Source of the DNA: Pseudomonadota bacterium
Lineage (GTDB): Bacteria > Bdellovibrionota_F > JAHFAK01 > JBDREC01
Assembly: GCA_043820105.1 (NCBI GenBank)
Contig: JBDREC010000104.1
Coordinates: forward strand, 1-51,059
Reading direction: 5' to 3'
Length of the DNA stretch: 51,059 nt
Shown: positions 39,060 through 46,681 of the stretch, piece after piece
How positions within the stretch are numbered: the first letter of the stretch is position 1
Layout: the number at the start of each line of letters is the position of its first letter
Made by a program: the position numbers and the translations under genes
Notes under the pieces: model-generated
Seen by the model: only the letters and a program-made list of their open reading frames with translations
What the model was told of the DNA's origin: nothing
Databases searched by the model: none

Positions 39060-39935
39060 TCACCTTTTTCTTTGAATTAAAATTCCACACCATTCATTCA
39101 TAGTACAAGTATTAATAACATTAAAATCATCAATGTAATAACTTTTTATTTTATTAAGCTGCTTGTTTAAAATACCAGATAAAATAATTCTAGATTTTCC
39201 ACCTGAAAGCAGCTTTTTAATTTGCTCTTGAATATTTTCCTGAATTCTAGAAATAACATTTGCTATGATAAAATCAAATTTGCCATCAATATTCATCACA
39301 TCATTATGCTCAAAACCAATTTTCAATTCATTAATATCTGTCCTTGATAAATTCCTTTCAAGATTTTGAAATGCCTGAATTGGAGAATTTTCATCAACAT
39401 CAATACCAAATATTTCTGAAACTTTCTTTAAAGCTGCATAAATTGATAAAATACCACTACCACAGCCAATATCCAATATTTTTTTTGGAAGTGTTTGCTT
39501 AAAACTAAACTCAAGCAGCATAAGAGCTATTTTAGTTGATTCATGTGTTCCAGTTCCAAAACATAAAGCCGGCTCAATTATAATTTTATCCAGACCTGCC
39601 CTAAAATTGTCTTCCCATGGAGGTGCAACAACGATATTCTCACCAATATATTGAGGCTTAAAATATTGTTTCCAGTTGTCCTGCCAATTCTCTTCTTCAA
39701 TAAAGTCAATTGAAATTTCAATGTCATCAATCGGATATTTCTCAATTTCCTTAATTAAATTATTTCTTACCAGGTCAATATCTTTCTTGCCTTCAAAATA
39801 TGCAAAGATTATATAAGGACACAAAGATTTAACTTCAAGGCTTGTTATTCCAATCTCTTGAAGCACACAAAACAACAGCTCTTCCTGCTTCAAATCACTT
39901 TTAATTGTTATTCGAGTCCAATATTTCTTCATCAT
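39060..39935 (-). CDS. prmA: Ribosomal protein L11 methyltransferase
   Basis: ENWQDNWKQYF, IEPALCFGTGTHEST, LDIGCGSGIL, IANV, ILSGIL. Confidence 0.93.
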   Translation of the reverse strand: MMKKYWTRITIKSDLKQEELLFCVLQEIGITSLEVKSLCPYIIFAYFEGKKDIDLVRNNLIKEIEKYPIDDIEISIDFIEEENWQDNWKQYFKPQYIGENIVVAPPWEDNFRAGLDKIIIEPALCFGTGTHESTKIALMLLEFSFKQTLPKKILDIGCGSGILSIYAALKKVSEIFGIDVDENSPIQAFQNLERNLSRTDINELKIGFEHNDVMNIDGKFDFIIANVISRIQENIQEQIKKLLSGGKSRIILSGILNKQLNKIKSYYIDDFNVINTCTMNEWCGILIQRKR

Positions 39936-39940
39936 TTCAT

Positions 39941-40027
39941 TAATTATTAATTGTTATTTATTAGTTATTAATTATTCTATTTTTCGTTCACGAGCACGTT
40001 CACGATTAAAATTACCAGCAACCAGCA
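39941..40027. repeat. Three stacked short tandem tracts between smpB and prmA
   Basis: (TAATTAT-like)x5 39941-39975; (CGTTCA-like)x4 39985-40008; (ACCAGCA)x2 40014-40027. Confidence 0.85.
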
Positions 40028-40028
40028 A

Positions 40029-40487
40029 CTAATATTTATTACCTTTCCTAAATCCTCGCTCGATATCTCTTTGCATATCTTTTTTCTTAATTGTTTCTCT
40101 TTTATCATACTGTCTTTTTCCACTGGCAATTGCTATCTCAATTTTTGCTTTTCCTAATTTAAAATACATTTTCAATGGAACAATTGTTTTTCCCTTTTCA
40201 GTAATCTTTCCAATAAGCTTTTTTATTTCACGCTTATGTAAAAGTAATTTTCTATCTCTTAAAGGATCATGGTTATTTCTATTGCCGAAATCATATTCAT
40301 TAATATGTGAGTTAACTAAAAAAAGTTCGCCTGATTTGATTTTTGCATAACTATCTTTTATATTAGCTCGTCCTGCCCTGAGTGATTTTACTTCAGTTCC
40401 AACAAGCGCAAGCCCTGCTTCAATTGTCTCTTCAATATGATAATCATGCCTTGCTTTTCTATTAACGCAAATTATCTTTTCAGTCAT
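40029..40487 (-). CDS. smpB: SsrA-binding protein
   Basis: [41 protein letters not shown]. Confidence 0.97.
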   Translation of the reverse strand: MTEKIICVNRKARHDYHIEETIEAGLALVGTEVKSLRAGRANIKDSYAKIKSGELFLVNSHINEYDFGNRNNHDPLRDRKLLLHKREIKKLIGKITEKGKTIVPLKMYFKLGKAKIEIAIASGKRQYDKRETIKKKDMQRDIERGFRKGNKY

Positions 40488-40506
40488 CTTTATCTCTTTA
40501 TATATT

Positions 40507-41187
40507 TTACTTCTTTACATTAATTATATTGGCTTCAGGGGTAACTATGCCTCCTGAAATTATGGATTTAAAAGCTACATCAACTGTTATATTTAAATCA
40601 ATCATATCTTTTTCAGGTATGAATAAATAAAATCCTGAAGTTGGATTTGGAGTTGTTGGAACAAAAACAGAAAGCAACTTCTTGCCAAGTTTGCTTTCCA
40701 TTTCCTTTGAACCAACGCCAGTCACAAAAGCCATTGTATAAATTCCTTTGCGAGGATATTCGATTAATACAGCCCTTTTAAAACTATCTGCTTGGCTTGT
40801 TAAAATTGTTTCAATTATTTGCTTTATACCATTATATATTTTTCTTAGAATTGGAATTCTTTCAATTATATCTTCATAAAATTGAACAAGTTTTCTGCCA
40901 AAAATATTTCGGGCCATAAGGCCTATTAAAAAAAGAATCATTATTAAAAAAATAAGTCCCAAGCCAGGTAATGGGAAGTCTAAAACAAAACCTGGAATTG
41001 CGTCTCTTGGAATATAGGAAAAAAACTTTCCACTTATTGATTTAAAAAATTTATCTGAATAGTTCAGAAAAAATCGAACAAGTGAGAAGGTGGCTCCAAT
41101 TGGCACAAGCACCAAAAATCCAGCAATTATATTTCTTTTCAAATCACGTTTAATAGCTGAAAAAAAACTAGAAATTATTTTTCTCAT
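40507..41187 (-). CDS. DUF502 membrane protein
   Basis: [25 protein letters not shown]. Confidence 0.9.
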   Translation of the reverse strand: MRKIISSFFSAIKRDLKRNIIAGFLVLVPIGATFSLVRFFLNYSDKFFKSISGKFFSYIPRDAIPGFVLDFPLPGLGLIFLIMILFLIGLMARNIFGRKLVQFYEDIIERIPILRKIYNGIKQIIETILTSQADSFKRAVLIEYPRKGIYTMAFVTGVGSKEMESKLGKKLLSVFVPTTPNPTSGFYLFIPEKDMIDLNITVDVAFKSIISGGIVTPEANIINVKK

Positions 41188-41190
41188 TTA

Positions 41191-42711
41191 TTATCCTTTT
41201 AAAAGACTTGTAAAACGTTTCTTTATAAAGTCATTATCTAATGTGGCTAAAAACCATCCTGCTCTTGGACCTTTTTCCTGCCCAAGCATTGAAATATATA
41301 TTGCCCTAAAAGCTTCACTTGGTTCAAGTTCAAATTTTTCTTTTCCCTCGTAGATCAGTTTGTGGAAATCATCTCCTGAATAATTCTCTTGTGCATGCTC
41401 GGCAATATATTCTAAAAACTCTTTATTTTTTTCACTCAAAGTTAAAGCTTCACTTGGAACTTCTTGCTTTATTTCAAAGCGCATGCTTTCTGGAGCGAAT
41501 CTATCAAGCCACTTCCTGGCCCAAAATGCTCTATCAGCCACTGCAGCTTTACTTACAATTTCATAGCCAGTTCTCTTTAATATATGAATGATTTGATCAA
41601 CATCATCAGCAGCAATTTGAACTAGGTTTACCATGTGTTTAAAAGGAACATTGGCTGCCTCGATCCCTCTAATTGATGATAGCTCATAAGCACGCTGATT
41701 CCTGTTAGCATTTTCTTCATCATATTCATTTATAATATTCAAAATGCCAAGACCAGGATCAAAAGTAATTGCTTTTTTAGGTTGAACTTTGAAAACCATA
41801 TATCTTAAAACTTCAGGAGGAAGTACTTCTAAGGTTTTATCAATGCTTAGAACATTTCCTTTACTTGAAGACATATCACCCTGTCCTTTTAAAGAAATCC
41901 ATTCATAAATTATTGGAACAGGAGCCTGGCAATCAAAAACTTCTTTAGCAATTTCAACCCCAGTATCATATGAACCACCGCGAGAGGCATGATCTTTTCC
42001 AAAGGGTTCAACTAATACTTTTAAAACTGACCACCTAGCTGGCCAATCAATTCTCCATGTTAACTTTCCATTCCCTGTTACATCTACTGTCTTTGCTGAA
42101 CCACATGAGCATTCATAATCAATAGAATTATTTTCTCGTGAAAATCCAACAAGTTTTGTTGTGGTCATTTTCTTGCAATCAGCACAAATTGGATTAAATG
42201 GAGACCAATCTTGAGAAATTTCTTTTCCTGTTTTCTTATTTAAAATGCTTGCAATTTCCTCTCTTTTTTCAAGAGCAGAAAAAATTGCATTATTCATTTC
42301 ACCTGATTCATAAAGTTGGCTAGATCTTTTAACTTCCACATCAATATCAAGTTTTTTTAAAGACTCAACAAAGGGAATCAAGAAGTGCTCTGAATAGCTG
42401 TCATGTTGCCCACAAGGGCAAGGAATCCTGGAAATGGGCATTCCTACATATTGTTCATAAATCTCAGCATCTAAAAAAGGGTAAACCTTTCTAAGTGGAT
42501 CAAAATTGTCTGCAATATAATGAAAGGATATTTTATCAGTTTTTTTCTTTAATGACCTAAAAACCGCATCACCAGTCAAAACTTCCCTCATATTACCAAT
42601 ATGGATTTCACCAGATGGTGTGATTCCAGTACTAATTACTATATCTTTATTCCTTGCTATAGCCTGATCAGCTACCAAATCAGCCCAAAAATTCGAATTA
42701 TCCTGTAACAT
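41191..42711 (-). CDS. lysS: Lysine--tRNA ligase, class I
   Basis: FWAD, TPSGEIHIGNMRE (HIGH), GKLTWRIDWPARW, EPFGKDH, MSSSKGN (KMSKS), GPRAG. Confidence 0.96.
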   Translation of the reverse strand: MLQDNSNFWADLVADQAIARNKDIVISTGITPSGEIHIGNMREVLTGDAVFRSLKKKTDKISFHYIADNFDPLRKVYPFLDAEIYEQYVGMPISRIPCPCGQHDSYSEHFLIPFVESLKKLDIDVEVKRSSQLYESGEMNNAIFSALEKREEIASILNKKTGKEISQDWSPFNPICADCKKMTTTKLVGFSRENNSIDYECSCGSAKTVDVTGNGKLTWRIDWPARWSVLKVLVEPFGKDHASRGGSYDTGVEIAKEVFDCQAPVPIIYEWISLKGQGDMSSSKGNVLSIDKTLEVLPPEVLRYMVFKVQPKKAITFDPGLGILNIINEYDEENANRNQRAYELSSIRGIEAANVPFKHMVNLVQIAADDVDQIIHILKRTGYEIVSKAAVADRAFWARKWLDRFAPESMRFEIKQEVPSEALTLSEKNKEFLEYIAEHAQENYSGDDFHKLIYEGKEKFELEPSEAFRAIYISMLGQEKGPRAGWFLATLDNDFIKKRFTSLLKG

Positions 42712-43165
42712 ATTAAATTCCTTTTTTAATTAAACAATTACCATTTTTTCTAAGAAAAGCCACTACAAAACAAAAAAAATCAGAAATTTCAACCATTTTC
42801 GGTGTTTTGGGCATTTATTTTCTAAAATCAGGCAAGTGCGCTCATTTTTAAGCATAGAATTTTAAGGATTTTGTTGTTAATTTTTGCTTAAAAGTAACAA
42901 AAATACTTAGAAAAGCTAACCTGAGCGTTTTTTAGGCTTTTTGATCTTTCTGTGCAATTGTTTGCAGATTCGCTAAGCTCTTATTTTTCCAAACATATAT
43001 GGATTGCTTTGCAATTTAGTTTATTAATATATTGATTCCAACAGTGTTTTAGCTTGAAATATGCTCAAAAGTCTTATTTTGATATTAAGCTCTGTTTTCA
43101 CCACAGGTTAAAATATCCAATGGATAGAAGTTTTTAGGCATTTTTTTTATGCAATAAATCCAGGA

Positions 43166-43180
43166 TGGCATTTAAATTGC
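43166..43180 (+). promoter_or_regulatory. Sigma54 -24/-12 promoter of the candidate sRNA
   Basis: TGGCAT-TTAAA-TTGC; predicted +1 at ~43192-43193, the first base of hairpin 1. Confidence 0.8.
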
Positions 43181-43192
43181 AATCGCTATATT

Positions 43193-43393
43193 ATGAATTG
43201 CTTGGGGAAGCGATATTATGAGGGTGAGCGCAATGCTTGCTCGCCCTTATATTTTTCCATGGCAATTCATTTGCGAGACTTATTTTGATGTTGATCTAGT
43301 CAGTCCTTATAGGACCGGCTATTTTAAACATAATATCTCCTTCTCTTTAATAACCTAAGTTTAAGCAGGTTCGGGTGAACCTGCTTTTTTTTT
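43193..43393 (+). ncRNA. Candidate sigma54-dependent small RNA with three stem-loops
   Basis: Hairpin 1 43193-43270, hairpin 2 43275-43339, terminator 43363-43393; several G-U pairs valid only on +; locally raised GC; no RBS-led ORF. Confidence 0.75.
43363..43393 (+). terminator. Rho-independent terminator
   Basis: AAGCAGGTTC-GGGT-GAACCTGCTT running into a T tract. Confidence 0.9.
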
Positions 43394-43485
43394 ATCTATT
43401 TATTGACTCCAAAAATTATTTTTAGTATGTAATATTTTAATTATTCAAAATCATTTCATTTTCAACTTAATCAAGGAAAGAAATT

Positions 43486-44328
43486 ATGTCATATAAAAAT
43501 GCTGACAAGCCAAAAGATATCTTTATGAATATTTTAAAAATGGCTAAATTAGAAACTCTTAGACTTTCTCCAGGCATTAAAGAATTCTTAGATGCTATTC
43601 CTATTCTAACAAAAAATATTTCAAAATTTGAAAAAATCGATCGCATTTTAATAAACCTTGCTGATTTAAAAAATCAGATGGAAAACATAAAAAGGGATCT
43701 TAGAAACCTTACTGAAAAAATTTCAAATAAAAAGGAAGAACCTAATAACCAAAGACAGCAAAACCAAAATCAAAACCAACATAACCATAAACAACATTTT
43801 TATAAAAAATATGAGCACAAAAAAAGTTTTAATAATAATGATAATTTCAGAAAAGATGATTATAAAAAAGTTGAACCTATTAAAGAATATGATAAAAAAC
43901 CTGAGAGTGCTGGCTTTATTATAGATGAGCTTGGAAACAAAGTTCCAACAAAACCACAAGCTGAAAAAAAGCCTTTTAACAATCCAAATCCTAAACCATT
44001 TCAAGCAAGAAGATGTAAGGTTTGGGGTTGTGAAAAACCAGCATTTGACATGGGATATTGTGCTGAACATTATGAAAAGTTTTATTTACCAAAAACTCAA
44101 ACACCACAACAACCTGTTGGTGCTAAAAAAGTAGAAGCGCCAAATGAAGTTGAAAACATAAAAACAGAGACAAAGATAACTGATCCAAAGACTGCTGCTA
44201 AAAAAACTGTAACTAAAAAGACGACCGCTAAAAAAACAGCAACAAAAAAAGTTGTAGCAAAAACGACAAGTGCTAAAAAACCTGCTGCTAAAAAAGCAAC
44301 AACAAAGAAAATAACAAAAAAGAAATAA
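43486..44328 (+). CDS. Coiled-coil/zinc-motif protein with histone H1-like tail (myxobacterial vegetative-protein-like)
   Basis: N-terminal coiled coil, CKVWGC-x9-CAEHY (C-x4-C-x9-C-x2-H), terminal AKK/TKK repeats. Confidence 0.7.
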   Translation: MSYKNADKPKDIFMNILKMAKLETLRLSPGIKEFLDAIPILTKNISKFEKIDRILINLADLKNQMENIKRDLRNLTEKISNKKEEPNNQRQQNQNQNQHNHKQHFYKKYEHKKSFNNNDNFRKDDYKKVEPIKEYDKKPESAGFIIDELGNKVPTKPQAEKKPFNNPNPKPFQARRCKVWGCEKPAFDMGYCAEHYEKFYLPKTQTPQQPVGAKKVEAPNEVENIKTETKITDPKTAAKKTVTKKTTAKKTATKKVVAKTTSAKKPAAKKATTKKITKKK

Positions 44329-44365
44329 TTCTATTTTTTATAATCTAGCTTCAATTCCAAATTCC

Positions 44366-46012
44366 CTATTTTCTAAATTTATTATGCACCCTAAAATACT
44401 CTTTAAAAGCATCTATCATCTCTTGTTTTTTATTATCATCCCAAAAAAGGGCGCTAGCGTGCTGATCAGCTACAAATTGGATGGAATCCAAACCTTGTGA
44501 TTTGGCACAGAGAAAGATTTGTGTTCTTCTTCTATAAAAATCAATTAAGCTATAACTCATTTCATGTTGAATTGCATAAGGAACTTCTGCCTTAATATTA
44601 GGCAGATCTTCTTCAAGCTTTTCCCCTAGACTTGGATTTTTGATTATCAGGTCAAGAATATATAAAATATTCTTACCATAATTTTTTCTTAAATAAATAG
44701 TCGTTTCACTGGTCAGCTTTGTTTTTTCAAGTTTTTCTCTATAAGAAAACTCTTCTCGAGTTTCAAGACAAGCTTCACTTGTTTTAACAGGTTTAATTAT
44801 TTTTTCTTTAAGAAAAGGAAAGTTTTTTATAACAGCATCAATAAGCTCTTTTACCATAGGTCTATAAGTAGTAAGTTTACCACCAGCTATTGTTACAATA
44901 TTATCATCAATAAATATTTTATGCTCTCTTGAAACAGCTGATTCATTTTTTCCTTTCTCATAAACCAACGGTCGTAAACCTGCATAGCTTGAAATAATAT
45001 CATCTTTGCTTAATTTTGCTTCAGGAAATAAAATATTTAAAGACTCAATAAGATATTCAATATCCTTTTTTGTAGCATAAACATTATCAAGGTCCGCATC
45101 ATAATCAGTATCCGTGGTTCCAACTAAGGTAAATTTATCCCAAGGTATAACAAAAGTTGTTCTATTATCTTTTACTGCTTTCATTACAATAGCATTATTA
45201 TTATTAATCTTATCACGCTTAACAATAAAATGAACTCCCTTTGTAGGTCTTATTTTTTTTGATTCAATCTTCTTTAAAGAACTAAGAGTTTTATCAACCC
45301 AAGGACCAGAACAATTAACAATGACCTTTGCTTTAATTTCAAATTTATCACCACTAATTGTATCAACAGCATTTATTGTGCTTAAATTTTGATTTCTTGA
45401 AAGAATAGAACTTGCTTTAATGTAGTTTGCACAAACAGCTCCATTTAGATGAGCAGAAATAGCGTTTTCAATTGTTAATCGTGAATCGTCTGCAATACAG
45501 TCATAGTAGGATGCACCTCCAACAAGACCTTCTTTATTAAGCATTGGTTCAATTACAGAAAATGATTTTCTATTATATATTTTATGAAGTCCATTGTTTC
45601 TAAATGTTGCTAAAACATCATAAAGCCACATACCACAGGAAATAAGGAATATGCCTGGTTTGCTATTCTTATAAACTGGAAAAATAAACTTACAAGGCTT
45701 TATTAAAGAAGGCATGACTTTTTGTAAAACTCTTCTTTCCTTGCTAGACTCATATATAAGCTTAAACTGATATGTTTCTAAATATCTCAAACCGCCATGT
45801 ATTAATTTAGAAGAGGAAGATGACGTTCCTGAAGAAAAATCATCTTTATCTATTAAAGCCACATTTAAACCTCGCAGAGCAGCGTCACGTGCGGCTCCAG
45901 CACCATTAATACCAGCTCCAACAATTAATAAATCAAAGGGTTTTGTTTTTAGAATTTGAAGGTTGTGTTTTCTAGTTTCATTTGAAAAAATAAAAGGATT
46001 ATTTTGACTCAC
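44366..46012 (-). CDS. glpD: FAD-dependent glycerol-3-phosphate dehydrogenase
   Basis: VGAGINGAG, SGTSSSSSKLIHGGLRYLE, DDSRL, GTTD, AGLRPL, GGKLTTYR. Confidence 0.95.
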   Translation of the reverse strand: MSQNNPFIFSNETRKHNLQILKTKPFDLLIVGAGINGAGAARDAALRGLNVALIDKDDFSSGTSSSSSKLIHGGLRYLETYQFKLIYESSKERRVLQKVMPSLIKPCKFIFPVYKNSKPGIFLISCGMWLYDVLATFRNNGLHKIYNRKSFSVIEPMLNKEGLVGGASYYDCIADDSRLTIENAISAHLNGAVCANYIKASSILSRNQNLSTINAVDTISGDKFEIKAKVIVNCSGPWVDKTLSSLKKIESKKIRPTKGVHFIVKRDKINNNNAIVMKAVKDNRTTFVIPWDKFTLVGTTDTDYDADLDNVYATKKDIEYLIESLNILFPEAKLSKDDIISSYAGLRPLVYEKGKNESAVSREHKIFIDDNIVTIAGGKLTTYRPMVKELIDAVIKNFPFLKEKIIKPVKTSEACLETREEFSYREKLEKTKLTSETTIYLRKNYGKNILYILDLIIKNPSLGEKLEEDLPNIKAEVPYAIQHEMSYSLIDFYRRRTQIFLCAKSQGLDSIQFVADQHASALFWDDNKKQEMIDAFKEYFRVHNKFRK

Positions 46013-46517
46013 TTTGTTTCATCACCTTTAGGTTTGTTTCAATTTGTTCATCATTTAGCTCAGACTCTTCTTCGCTTTTCTTTGCATTTAAAATCTTAAT
46101 GTGAGTATATAATAATGATTTTAGCGAAGTTTCGTATTGTATTCTCTGTCTTTTCATTTCATTAATATCTTCAATTACCTTTGCAAGTCTTGAATAAGCT
46201 TTTTCAAGAATCATGTCAGCTTGGCTTTCAGCTTGTGCAATTATAATATCGCCTTCTTTTTTGGCGTTTTCCTTCATATCTTCTGATATTTTTTGTGCTG
46301 CAATAATAGTGTCTTTAAGAATTTTTTCTTTATCTTTAAACTCTTCTAGTTGATTTGTTAGGCGGGTTTGCTTATCTTTTATTTCATTATTTTCTCGAAT
46401 AACTTTTTCAAGTTCACTTGAAACCATTTCCATGAAAACATCGACATCTTTAGTATCATATCCACGGAGTGTAATCTTGAATTGTTGTTGTTGAATATCA
46501 AGTGGAGTGATTTTCAC
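45999..46517 (-). CDS. divIVA: DivIVA domain protein
   Basis: ITPLDIQQQQF...RGYDTKDVDVF plus coiled coil; GTG start, AGGAGG RBS. Confidence 0.9.
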   Translation of the reverse strand: MKITPLDIQQQQFKITLRGYDTKDVDVFMEMVSSELEKVIRENNEIKDKQTRLTNQLEEFKDKEKILKDTIIAAQKISEDMKENAKKEGDIIIAQAESQADMILEKAYSRLAKVIEDINEMKRQRIQYETSLKSLLYTHIKILNAKKSEEESELNDEQIETNLKVMKQSESK

Positions 46518-46532
46518 TTTTTCCTCCTTTTT

Positions 46533-46597
46533 TTAGCTATAAGCTGTAAGGGGTAAGCTGTAAGAAATGGTACAGCGTAGGGCGTACAGCGTACGGC
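46533..46597. repeat. Two adjacent heptamer tracts upstream of divIVA
   Basis: TAAGCTG TAAGGGG TAAGCTG TAAG (46540-46564) and GTACAGC GTAGGGC GTACAGC GTACGGC (46570-46597). Confidence 0.85.
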
Positions 46598-46681
46598 GTA
46601 AAGTTCTTTATTTTTATAGGTTATTATATAAAAAAATCAGGAAAAATCAAATTATTAATATAGCTTAGTTAAAAAGTTATT

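Noticed and set aside
43136..43152. Second sigma54-like box AGGCATTTTTTTTATGC upstream of the sRNA promoter
   Set aside because: GG to GC spacing is 12 nt, not the required 10
43193..43288. 31-codon ORF MNCLGKRYYEGERNACSPLYFSMAIHLRDLF at the start of the candidate sRNA
   Set aside because: No RBS and the ATG is locked in a 9-bp stem; sequence is better explained by RNA pairing, though leaderless translation is not excluded
43335..43342. ATCTCCTT in the sRNA is complementary to AAGGAGAT in both palindromic elements (132, 241, 50885)
   Set aside because: Only 8 nt and SD-like, so chance or generic anti-SD complementarity is sufficient
42712..43393. Lysine riboswitch/T-box for lysS, or 6S, SRP, tmRNA or c-di-GMP riboswitch
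   Set aside because: The structure is on the strand opposite lysS and ~480 bp away; I could not find the signature motifs of these RNAs; needs an Rfam scan to close
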